Shown piece after piece: positions 26,525 through 39,182 of a stretch of DNA of 64,000 nucleotides. The notes beneath the pieces are model-generated. The model searched no databases. It was given only the letters and a program-made list of their open reading frames with translations, and was not told the origin of the DNA. Source of the stretch: Trichosphaerium sp. ATCC 40318 (Eukaryota > Protista > Tubulinea); contig JALMLS010000075.1 of NCBI GenBank assembly GCA_038496445.1, forward strand, positions 186,001 to 250,000, in the 5' to 3' direction. Position 1 is the first letter of the stretch; each line of letters begins with the position of its first letter. A program made the translations under genes and the position numbers.

Positions 26525-29500
26525 ATGATGAAGGCCACTACGCAAATATTCGTCTTTGGGACAATTCTTTTCGCTGTAGCCGTTTTGGCCGATTTTAATG
26601 ACGAAACAAACGTTCAACTCTGGGATTGCGGTACAATACTTCAATAACACCTCTTTGATGTGTTTTTAGCTTCAAACCCTCAAAAATGGGCGTACCACTC
26701 TGACGACAAAACAATTCGCTTGACACAAGATTGTACGCCGTTTTCACCACTGCCAAACCAGTTTTAACAGTTCCTTTTTGGGTTTTTTCGTAAGTTAGCT
26801 CGTACTTACCCAACTCAAGCGAAATGTCTTGATATCGCTAATTACGGCACCATTGATGGTTCTAACGTTTGGTTATACACGTGCCACACTTCTGATCCTG
26901 ATTCGTCTCATAAGAACCAAGAATGGACACTCAAATCGGATGGTAGTGTAGTAAGGTAAAACAAAATCTTTTTCTCCAAACAAATTAAAAAAGGTGAAAA
27001 ACCCAAAAATATTTTTCGAATGAAAGTTCGTCCACTTGTTAATCTTGTTCTCATAACACTTTCAATAGTACACTGTCTGGTAAATGCCTTGACGCATCTG
27101 ATTATGGCACTACTCCTGGAACAAACGTACAAATCTGGTGCGCGAACAGAAAATTTTTATGCTCACGTGATTTACTTTCTACATCACGTGACTTTTCCAT
27201 TAACTATTCCTTTATTTTAACTCTGTTTACAAAGGACTTGTACTGGCGCAGACAATCAAAAGTGGATATTCAACACCACTGATGGAAGTTTGAGAGGGAA
27301 ACAATCAGGTGAGAACTGATCCCAAAAAAGTTTTGTGATTATTTCTTGCTAACTTTGTATCTAACTACATATTTGAGGTCTTTGTGTAAACGTTGGGGGT
27401 AAATATACCACTCCTTGCGAGGATGCAACAAATAAGGGATATCCTTTCTGTAACACAGCTCTATCATTCAGCGATCGTGCGAAAGATCTCGTTTCAAGGT
27501 ACTAACTCAGAACCAACTTCTTTGACAAACAGGTGCCATCTAACTCTTTAAACGCAGAATTCCTGCCTCTGATAAAGTTGGTCTCTTTGTAAATGGCGCT
27601 TCATCAGTACCGAGCCTTAAGCTTCCAGCATACCAATGGTGGAGTGAAGCTTTACATGGAGTAGCACGTGAGTGTAAAGTCGCTTTTAACTAGTCATTAA
27701 CAAATTTTATTCTCAGGAAGTCCTGGTGTTTCGTTTAGCGGAACAGTACCTTCTGCTACAAGCTTTCCTCAAATTGCATCAACTGGCTGCGCATTTGATT
27801 CCACACTTGTTTCTGATATTGGCAAAGTCGTCGGTACAGGTGCGTGTCTTTTGTTTTAAGATGTGTATGCAACTATGTCTAAATATCAACAGAGGCTCGT
27901 GCCATGCACAATGAAGGACATGCTGGACTTACTTTCTGGTATGTATTTCAAATATATTTGATAATAAACCATGGCTAATGTATGCGTAAAGGGCACCAAA
28001 CGTGAACATCTTCCGTGATCGTATGTCGTGAAAAAAGACTTCAATAAATAGATTTGCTACCACGATTTATTTAGCACGATGGGGTCGTGGTCAAGAAACT
28101 CCTGGCGAAGATCCTTATCATACATCTGAGTACGCACACGCTTATGTATCTGCTCTTCAAGGTGATGATCCAAAATTCTTACAAATCTCTTCTTGTTGCA
28201 AGCACTGTACGTTCTCTTGTTCTTATAATGTTAGAAGTAAACTTATGATATCTTAGTCGCTGCTTATGACCTTGAAAACTGGGAAGGAGTTGATAGACAT
28301 CATTTTAATGCCATTGTAACACAACAGGTAATACACAAAAATGCTTTGAGTTGATCTTTACTTATTCCTTTTACCAGGACCTTGACGATACATACTTTCC
28401 AGCGTTTAAGGTGATAGTTTCTTTCATTAATTTGTTCTTACTTGTTACTTAAGACCTGCTCTATGAGAGGAAAAGCGAGTTCAGTCATGTGCAGTTATAA
28501 CGCTGTAAATGGAGTACCATCATGCGCTAATCCAGCTATTCTCAACGATTTGGTACTCTATTTGTTACTTCTTTGTATATGTGTTCTAACGTATTGTAGC
28601 TCCGTGCAAAATGGGACTTCCAAGGATACATCACTTCTGATTGTGGTGCTGTTTTAGGTACGTTGTCACTTTGATCTCCAAATGAGTATAACCATTTTAT
28701 AGATGTATATTCAGCACACCATTACACAAACTCAACAGATCAAACGTGTAAGGATGTACTAGAAGCTGGTATGGATATTGACTGTGGCGGTTTCTTGAAG
28801 AACCACCTTGGACAAGCTATTGCGTAAGTGAATTATACCGTTAATGTAACATAAATTCTTACAGTAATCGTTTTTAGTAATAAGGCAGTATCATCTGAAA
28901 CAGTTGATAAGGCATTGTACAATCTGTACATGGTTCAATTCAGATTGGGCATGTTCGATCCTGCTTCAAATCTTCCAAAATACTCATCTCTCAGTGCCAA
29001 GGATATTGACACAACATCCTCTAGAGTATGTATTAGATATTTATAATTTGATTTGGACTTACTTGTTGGATACAGGATCTCGCATTGAAAGCAGCTTTGA
29101 AAGCAATGACATTATTGAAGAACGATTACAATACTTTACCTCTCAGCAAATCACTATCAAAGATTGCACTTGTCGGTCCAAATGCAGCTGCTACAAAAAC
29201 AATGCAAGGAAACTATTACGGAACACCCCCTTATTTGATATCTCCTCAAGCAGGACTTGCAAAGTACGTAGGGTTTAACATAACGTGTTGTTAATTTCTT
29301 GTCTTAGATTTACTTCTGTGGACTATGTCAAAGGATGTGATATAAGTTCATCAGATAAGTCTCAATTCGCTTCTGCTTGTGATGCTGCAAAGTCAGCAGA
29401 TGCTACAATTATGGTTATGGGCATCGATGGAAGTCAAGAAAGTGAAGGTCATGATAGGTAAACCATACTCATGATCGTATTTTGTACTTACTTTTCATAG

Positions 29501-30683
29501 AAATATAATATCGTTCCCTGGTGTCCAAGAAGACTTTGTCTCAGAAATTTCAGGATGCTCCAAAGGTCCAGTTGTACTTGTGATCATGTCTGGAGGTCAA
29601 GTAGATCTCACACTCGCAAAAGCAAACAAGAAGGTAAGCATCTTATCAAACCAAGTTATGACAAGTAACACTCTGCTAACTACTATTATGAATAGATTGG
29701 AGCCATTATGTATGTGGGATATCCTGGCCAATCTGGAGGAGATGCTATCGCTCAAACAATATTCGGAGACAACGCTCCAGGTACAATAACAAAATAGATT
29801 GTTTGCGTTTTAACCACTTTCTTAAAGCTGGAAGATTGGCATACACAATTTACCCTGCAGATTATTTGAAGAATGTATCAATGTTCAACATGAACATGCG
29901 TCCATCCAACAACTTTCCTGGTATGTCTCATGCCTCTTATACCTCATAGAAATATGTTGTTTATTGCCAATCTAACTTTTCAATTGTACAGGACGATCAT
30001 ACAGATTCTACAACAACGCTGTTGGCACAGTATATCCAGTAAGTAACAACACTACATTTTAACCTCTGATCCATTAACACATTGTAATAGTTTGGACATG
30101 GATTGACATACACGAACTTCAGTGTCTCAACAACTTCAACAACAAACTCTATTTCAATCTACAAAATCAAGGTTTGTGGTCACAAACAATATATTATCAT
30201 TTACGTTCACTTGATACTGACCTTATTGTTCAGGAAGGTGCTACTGAGGACAAACAACTTCGTGATTGGGAACAACCATCTGTCGCAGGTACACGTCTTT
30301 TATTTAACTTGCCCTATATGCTTACACTGTATTAGACATCACAGCAGTCGTAAAGAACACTGGAAGTGTCACAAGCGACTTCACATTCCTTTCATTTGTG
30401 GTACCACCATCACCAGGTAAAAACGGCAATCCATTGAAATATCTGCACTTTTTCAGTCGATTGTATGATGTGAAACCAAATGAATCAAGAACTGTTGTTG
30501 TTCCTCTTCGTGCAACCGATCTCATTTTATCTGATACGTACGTATTATCTACAGTACACAACGCCATAAAACAGGGAGATCTGATGTGATAATAGGGACG
30601 GTGTACGCGGACCTTTACCTGGAACATGGAAGATAGAAATTGGACCTTATGCATCAGCTCAAAATACTTTTATTGTTGAATAA
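26525..30683 (+). CDS. Ricin-B lectin + glycoside hydrolase family 3 (beta-xylosidase/arabinofuranosidase-like), copy 1
   Basis: Signal peptide; QxW ricin repeats (NVQLWDC, NQEWTL, NVQIW, NQKWIF). GH3 motifs [61 protein letters not shown] (nucleophile), [24 protein letters not shown]. Many short GT-AG introns. Confidence 0.92.
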
Positions 30684-30741
30684 GAAAACCAAAGCATAGC
30701 ATCCTAATAGTAACAATCAACTCAATAAAAATAGTTTGTCA

Positions 30742-32273
30742 CTATCGCTCAACATTTAGAATTTGGTATTTTATAAAGTCTGTCTCTATGGGAAGCAATT
30801 CTGTTGCAATTTCTTGTACACCTTTCGGAGTAAGGGCCGTCTTGAAGCTTATAAAGAATAAAAGCATTTGTGGGTGTAGTAAAACCAACAAGGAAAAAGT
30901 GTCACGTTCCATTTTTGAACCGGCAATCTGTACAATAGGACTTGACCAGCTAGCCAAATTGATCACTATTTCCCTTAGCGTCATCATTTTTATTTTTGAA
31001 CATAGCTTTTCTTGCTACTGTCAAATGAACTTACGCACAGTAGAGAGTGGCCAACTGTATGATTTCATTGTTTTTGTTGCGACTGCAACAGTTTTGTCAG
31101 ATGGTGCCACTTGTGTATCCCACAGACTTTTTTTTTTTTGCAAGTGCTTGCTTCAACGCCACTGGCAGCGGTTGGTATTACATGGTACAGTAGCTTCTAA
31201 GCAGAATTCGCCCGGCTTGTTGAGATCCATGGCTAAACAAAAATTAGAGTCAACTGTACAATGATGGCACCTTCCAATTGTTTTCGACCATTTAGCAAAA
31301 AGAGGATTCATTTGGTGTGAGATGACGCTCAATCAAAGGGTTGATATAAAGTAAATCGGATACCTAGTTCGAATCATCAAGACAGTTCGATTAATCGAAG
31401 GCGTATGGTTTCTTAATGTTTTGAGTTGTTAAATGTTGTGCTGGAATACAGATTTCATCAACACAAGTGAAATAACCTGGTACCATGTGGCGCTTAAAGG
31501 CAAGCACTAGAAATGAATGTACCATGTTAGCATCAAATTTCATGTTGTTGAAGTAGTGTTTAAATGGCCAAACCTATTTTCCCTGTAAATGAAATTTGTA
31601 CTTCACCTATACTCCACATTTAAAATATTCCCTATTCCAATAATCCCATGCCACATCACTGTGCCAGAGGAGTTCGTCATATGGGTAGTGATCCCATTTT
31701 TTAGGTCAGTGTGATGTTGTTCATATGTGCTTGTGAATAGCAAGTTTTCAAAAATCTCATTGTACCGGAAGGTGAAAATGCCATTGGTGTCTTGACTTTT
31801 CCAATACCAATAACGCTAGGTTGTTTTTAAGTTTAGTTCATCCGTCAAGCATGGGACAGTCAACATAGGTAAATCCATAAGGCTTCAATCTGCTCTCAAA
31901 TTCGGAGACTTGAAAAAATAGTGTCTATTGCAGATGTTAACATCTGAAGTATCTCTAATTGACCGTTTCAACACGCTCCTTTGGCGTTTGCCATAATACT
32001 TGATATCCACGTCATTGTTGCGACCATTGGGGAGTTACGTGTTGTTTATTGTGAAATCCACAATTTAGTTTTACAAATGTTGACTTTTTGGATGACGACT
32101 TGACTACCTTGACTTTTCTTTGAGACAAGAACTGTTTTTAAATTGCAAATTCGTGCGTGTATGCTATGGCATGATGTGTACATCATAACTAATTTTAGCG
32201 TATGGGTTGTACGTAGAGAAGGTAAAATAGTCACTTTTGACAAAAACGAGCGATTTTTGCTCATGCTTAACAT
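30742..32273 (-). pseudogene. Probable decayed gene between GH3 copies 1 and 2
   Basis: Coding-like exon pieces (FQVSEFESRLKPYGFTYVDCPMLDG, KKWDHYPYDELLWHSDVAWDYWNREYFKCGV*, VLAFKRHMVPGYFTCVDEICIP) interrupted by stops and frameshifts. Confidence 0.45.
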
Positions 32274-33561
32274 CTACTTTTTCTTACACAACTTGAATAC
32301 GCTATACTATACTATGTACCCTTTTGGTCTACGTAAATGAACTTGTAAATGAACTTGATACGGTTAGGTATGGCTGCACGCAAAAAAAAACTGCCTAAAT
32401 GGCCAAATTTCGAGTTTTGAACAATACAGCAGTACAACTATGTTTGCCACCTGATTGTAATCCTGCAATGGCTGTACTACTACCTTGTCTATATCATCAG
32501 ATGGTGTATTGTATTCGAAAATATTTTTGTAGAGGTTTTCGTGCGCCATATAACACATTTTTCACTTACTTAATGGAACCAACCAAGCCCACCAAGAACA
32601 CTAACTGTTCTAAAAATCACATATTATACGCCCCTTGAGTCATGTATTGTGTGTACACCAAAGAAATAAAGAAAAACAAATTACTAATAGCAGCGTGATA
32701 AAAAACTGCCAAATTTTAAAAATGCCATAAATGCATAGCAATTCCTGACATATTGAATTAATTGGTTGTTGATATCGGGCACTTTTGGCACAAACACTAT
32801 TGGTATGTGTATTTTTCAAAGATCATAGTGGTACTACTGTATCATATACTCTGTTTCTAGAAAAATGTAGAACATAACATCAGTGTAGATGCATGAATTT
32901 CAACAAATTTCGTTCAACAAACTCCCGTATTAGAGGCACTTTATAGTGTTTTAATTTTAAATCAACAACCTATGACGGTATTAAATACAATCATAAACGG
33001 CTAGAAAATATAACAAAACCCAGAATGAAGATGTTTACATTGAGGCTGACTTAGCTAAACTATAGCTAGAAAAGTCACAAAATTGCACTGTTTTTTAGCG
33101 TCATTGTAGACTACATCACTATATGTGATATGTGGCTACATTTGAACAAGCATCAATGATAGAGATGCATAATTTTGTTCTAAAAGTGGAGTGCCTATGA
33201 ATAATAGCAACATACACAAAAGACTTACAAAAAGAACTCAGAAACAGAATATTTCGAGATATGAATCCGGCATGCGTCAGTACATGATGTCTTTAAATGA
33301 ATAGTATTTGATAGTAGTATGTTGTTATTAGAGGAAGTTGATAACAACAAGAGTTCTACAAAATCACGTGATTTCTTAAAGCTATTGTGATCTTCTTCCA
33401 GCAAACGTTGAGACTTGCTCAGGCACACCTAGAGGAATGAGCACGAAAATTGACAAGGTATTTGTCCACCAAGATAAGTAGTGCACTATTAAACGTGTTA
33501 ACTGCCCGCACCTAAGTCAGTTTGTCCGTTGTATCACATTATAATTGCGTTTACAACCTTC

Positions 33562-36500
33562 ATGATGAAGGCCACTACGCAAATATTCGTCTTTGGGACA
33601 ATTCTTTTCGCTGTAGCCGTTTTGGCCGATTTTAATGATGGAACAAACGTTCAACTGTGGGATTGCGGTACAATACTTCAATAACACCTCTTTGATGTGT
33701 TTTTAGCTTCAAACCCTCAAAAATGGGCCTACCACTCTGACGACAAAACAATTCGCTTAACACAAGATTGTACGCGCTCTCGCCACCTTTATTACCACCA
33801 AGGCGTTTAACGGTTTAATAGCCCGTTTTTCCGTTTAAATCGGTTTTTTTTACATCAAAAAGCAACAAAACTAACTCAAATCGCAGCGAAATGTCTTGAT
33901 ATCGAGGAATATGGCACCACTGATGGTTCTAACGTTTGGTTATCTACATGCCATACTAGCGACAAAGACCCTGCTCATCAGAACCAAGAATGGACACTCA
34001 AATCGGATGGTAGTGTAGTAAGGTAAAGCCAACGTTTGTTATTACAAAACCCAAAATATTTTTCGAGTGAAAGTTCGGTCTACTTGTTCATCTTGTTCGG
34101 TTCATAACACTTTCAATAGTACACTGTCAGGTAAATGCCTTGATGCATCTGATTATGGCACTACTCCTGGTACAAATGTGCAAATCTGGTGCGCACATTG
34201 GCAGTTTTTTTTTCTATCACGTGATTTATTTCTACATCACGTGACTTTTCCATTGACTATTCCTTTATTTTAACTCTGTTTACAAAGGACTTGTACTGGA
34301 GCAGACAATCAGAAGTGGATATTCAACGCCACTGATGGAAGTTTGAGAGGAAAACAATCAGGTGAGAACTGATCCCAAAAAAAGTTTGTGATTATTTCTT
34401 GCTAACTTTGTATCTAACTACTATTTGAGGTCTTTGTGTAAACGTTGGGGGTAAATATACCACTCCTTGCGAGGATGCAACAAATAAGGGATATCCTTTC
34501 TGTAACACAGCTCTATCATTCAGCGATCGTGCGAAAGATCTCGTTTCAAGGTACTAACTCAGAACCAACTTCTTTGACAAACAGTTGCCATCTAACTCTT
34601 TAAACGCAGAATTCCTGCCTCTGATAAAGTTGGTCTCTTTATAAATGGCGCTTCATCAGTACCAAGCCTTAAGCTTCCAGCATACCAATGGTGGAGTGAA
34701 GCTTTACATGGAATAGCACGTGAGTGTAAAGTCGCTTTTAACTAGTCATTACAAATTTTATTCTCAGGAAGTCCTGGTGTTTCGTTTAGCGGAACAGTAC
34801 CTTCTGCTACAAGCTTTCCTCAAGTCACGTCAACTGGCTGTGCATTTGATTCCACACTTGTTTCTGATATTGGCAAAGTCGTCGGTACAGGTATGTGTCT
34901 TTGTAGATGTATGTAATTATGCCTAAATATCAACAGAGGCTCGTGCCATGTACAACGAAGGACATGCTGGACTTACTTTCTGGTATGTATTTCTAAATAT
35001 GATTAAACTTAAGGCTAATGTATGTAAAGGGCACCAAACGTGAACATCTTCCGTGATCGTATGTCGTGAAAAAAGACTTCAATAAATCGTATTTGCTTAC
35101 CACTATTTATTTAGCACGATGGGGCCGCGGTCAAGAAACTCCTGGAGAAGATCCTTATCATACATCTGAGTACGCACACGCTTATGTATCTGCTCTTCAA
35201 GGTGATGATCCAAAATTCTTACAAATCTCTTCTTGTTGCAAGCACTGTACGTTCTCTTGTTCTTATAATGTTAGAAGTATACTTACGATATCTTAGTTGC
35301 TGCTTATGACCTTGAAAACTGGGGAGGAGTTGATAGACATCATTTTAATGCCATTGTAACACAACAGGTAACAAAGATGCTTTGAGTTGATCTTTACTTA
35401 TTCCTTTTACCAGGACCTTGATGATACATACTTTCCAGCGTTTAAGGTGATAGTTTCTTTCATTAATTTGTTCTTACTTGTTACTTAAGAGCTGCTCTAT
35501 GAGAGGAAAAGCAAGTTCAGTCATGTGCAGTTATAACGCTGTAAATGGAGTACCATCATGCGCTAATCCAGCTATTCTCAACGATTTGGTACTCTATTTA
35601 TTCTTGGTCTTCTTACTTTCTTAACAAACTGATGTAGCTCCGTGCAAAATGGGACTTCCAAGGATACATCACTTCTGATTGTGGTGCTGTTTCAAGTTCG
35701 TTGTCACTTTGATCTTTGCATGAGTATAACCATGTTATAGATGTATATTCAACACACCATTACACAAACTCAACAGATCAAACGTGTAAGGATGTACTAG
35801 AAGCTGGTATGGATATTGACTGTGGCGGTTTCTTGAAGGACAACCTTGGACAAGCTATTGCGTAAGTGAATTATACCGTTAATGTAGTATAAATTCTTAC
35901 AGTAATCGTTTTAGTAATAAGGCAGTGTCATCTGAAACAGTTGATAAGGCATTATATAATCAATTCATGGTTCAATTCAGATTGGGCATGTTCGATCCTG
36001 CTTCAAATCTTCCAAAATACTCATCTCTCAGTGCCAAGGATATTGACACAACATCCTCTAGAGTACGTATTAGATAATTTATAATTTGATTTGGACTTAC
36101 TTATTGGATACAGGATCTCGCATTGAAAGCAGCTTTGAAAGCAATGACTTTATTGAAGAACGATTACAATACTTTACCTCTCAGCAAATCATTATCAAAG
36201 ATTGCACTTGTCGGTCCAAACGCAGCTGCTACTAAAACAATGCAAGGAAACTATTACGGAACACCGCCTTATTTGATATCTCCTCAAGCAGGACTTGCAA
36301 AGTACGTAGTGTGGTTTAACATAACGTGTTGTTAATTTCTTGTCTTAGATTTACTTCTGTGGACTATGTCAAAGGATGTGACGTAAGCTCATCAGATAAG
36401 TCTCAATTCGCTTCTGCTTGTGATGCTGCAAAGTCAGCAGATGCTACAATTATGGTTATGGGCATCGATGGAAGTCAAGAAAGGGAAGGTCATGATAGGT

Positions 36501-37715
36501 AACTCACTCATGATCCTATTTTGGCACTTACTTTTCATAGAAATATAATATCGTTCCCTGGTGTCCAAGAAGACTTCATCTCAGAAATTTCTGGATGCTC
36601 CAAAGGTCCAGTTGTACTTGTGATCATGTCTGGAGGTCAAGTAGATCTCACACTTGCAAAAGCAAACAAGAAGGTAAGCATCTCATCAAACCAAGTTATG
36701 ACAAGTAACATTCTGCTAACTATTATGAATAGATTGGAGCCATTATGTATGTGGGATATCCTGGCCAATCTGGAGGAGATGCTATCGCTCAAACAATATT
36801 CGGAGACAACGCTCCAGGTACAATAACATAACCAAAATAGATCGTTTGCGTTTTAACCACTTTCTTAAAGCTGGAAGATTAGCATACACAATTTATCCTG
36901 CAGATTATTTGAAGAATGTATCAATGTTCAACATGAACATGCGTCCATCCAACAACTTTCCTGGTACGTCTCGTACCTCTTATACCTCATAAATATGTCG
37001 TTTTTCACCATCTGACTTTGTAATTGTACAGGACGATCATACAGATTCTACAACAACGCTGTTGGCACAGTATATCCAGTAAGTTCCATCAACGCTGTAT
37101 TTTTAATTACGATGATTAACACATTGTAATAGTTTGGACATGGATTGACATACACGAACTTCAGTGTCTCAACAACTTCAACAACAAACTCTATTCCAAT
37201 CTACAAAATCAAGGTATGTACACAGTCATTTAAGTTCCGTTGATACTGACTTTATTGTTCAGGAAGGTGCTACTGAGGATAAACAACTTCGTGATTGGGA
37301 ACAACCATCTGTTGCAGGTAAACCTCTTATTTCTTTCTCGTAGTATCTTTGACTTACACTGCGATAGACATCACAGCAGTCGTAAAGAACACTGGAAGTG
37401 TAACAAGTGACTTTACATTCCTGTCATTTGTGGTACCACCGTCACCAGGTAAAAACGGCAATCCATTGAAATATCTGCACTTTTTCAGTCGATTGTATGA
37501 TGTGAAACCAAATGAATCAAGAACTGTTGTTGTACCTCTTCGTGCAACCGATCTCATTTTATCTGATATGTACGTATTATCTACAGTATACAACACCATA
37601 AAACAGAGACATCTGATGTGATAATAGGGACGGTGTACGCAGACCTTTACCTGGAACATGGAAGATAGAAATTGGACCTTATGCATCAGCTCAAAACACT
37701 TTTATTGTTGAGTAA
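33562..37715 (+). CDS. Ricin-B lectin + GH3 beta-xylosidase-like, copy 2
   Basis: Near-identical exon and intron structure to copy 1; same GH3 motifs; QEREGHDR. Confidence 0.92.
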
Positions 37716-39102
37716 GAAAACCAAATAAAAGTTTTACTATTATTTCTGACAAACGGCTATGCTTGTGTTGTCATACAAACCTCGCTCAATAGCTAAACTA
37801 AAATTAAGTGGCACATATCCTTTTAATCGACCTTCTTTGCGCTGAACACGAGCACGTGACCTGCTATTAGTTTGGGTATTGTGTAAATCTTCACGTGTTA
37901 AGCGTTTTTCTCCGTTACGAACGGAAGTTTACTTGAGATAAAGCGGCGACGACAGCCACAAACTTAGTTCAAGAATATATAACAGCAATCATTCCGCCAC
38001 CCATTCCAGTTTGGATACTGTACTGATACAGCCAAATATCGTTTTGGCTACGTGTTTGAAGCATGCTCCGTGAACAAAAGCATAGCTCAACCTACCACTT
38101 GGATTATTTTTAAGTAAATCGCTGAATTACAGAGACACGGGAAGCTATAACGCACATTGGAAGATGCCGGTTTTTTGCAGTGAAAATTCAAATGTGGATG
38201 ATTCGTTACACTCAATATGTGTAGCAACACTTTGATTATTGGCATTTAGGTTCGACACCTCTCACTTCCACACAGTGCTTGCTCTATCAAATGCCTAACG
38301 AGCTGTTTAGGTTTTCCTACTCCTCTGCTAATCTAATTATTGGTCTCGTTGGTATTGTCCGAGTTTGGAGCACTTTGCAACTTTTTGTAGTTTGTGACTT
38401 TGTGTTTACTCAGACCTGACAGTTCTCGCAAGATCTGTCAAAAACTACAAGATCTGACGGAGCTTGTCAGTTGTAGAAAATTGAACGAAATTTTTTGTAG
38501 GATGTGGGTTATTGCTAATAAGCTTTGTATGTTGTTGTTGTTGACTAAGACAAAGTCAGCTGAAGTTTAACCAAACGTGCTTAACGGAGTAAAACACGTG
38601 TACAGCCATATACAACGCATACAGATTATTGCGACACGGTGTTTTCAACCAATTTGTTTTATTTGGTACATTAGCGTATGTAGTTCTTTTGGATTCTCTG
38701 ATGACCTCTAGGATACAACACTCGTCTCCTATACTCTAAAGCGGATGATTGTGCGTACTAATACCGTACGCCTAGCGCAAGATACTTTGGAAACATCCTG
38801 TTAGATGATGTGACTTGTACTTTTCGTCTTGCCTTGCAAGAACACTTTGATACTTCTGCGAAACCTGTTGCAAACTTGAATGATACGGACAATAAGCAAA
38901 GACTATTGACCTTTAACTGTATTCTTACTAGTCCAGGTTCGATGTGGGCGCTCCTACTGATATAATATGTGATTTCTATGACTACCTGCTCAAGTGTTTT
39001 TTCTCCCTTACAAAAAGTGGTGATCGCGTCTCGTTGCCTTTAATAGAAGTGTACTCCAGGTTTATTTTAAACCATAGGAGTACAACAAGTAAACGATGAA
39101 AA

Positions 39103-39182
39103 CACTCTTCAGGTGGGCGCTCTTCCAACTGAGCTACAGCAGGATTTAGTCCTGCTGGGTAGGATTCGAACCTCCGACCTCC
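39103..39182 (-). tRNA. Circularly permuted tRNA-like gene (anticodon GAA): 3' half 39182-39150, 6-nt linker, 5' half 39143-39103; functional status unknown
   Basis: Minus strand: GG AGGTC GGAGG TTCGAAT CCT(A)CC CAGCAGG A | CTAAAT | CCTGCTG TA GCTC AGTTGGAA GAGC G CCCAC CT GAA GA GTG | TTTT. Acceptor stem CCTGCTG/CAGCAGG pairs 7/7; anticodon stem CCCAC/GTG+GG pairs 5/5 once the halves are joined. Confidence 0.7.

Noticed and set aside
38933-38960. GGTTCGA next to a 10-nt match (GAGCGCCCAC) to the tRNA 5' half, as the missing conventional 3' exon
   Set aside because: The T-loop-like motif is on the opposite strand, there is no CAGCAGG acceptor strand, and the match is short enough to be chance or a relic.
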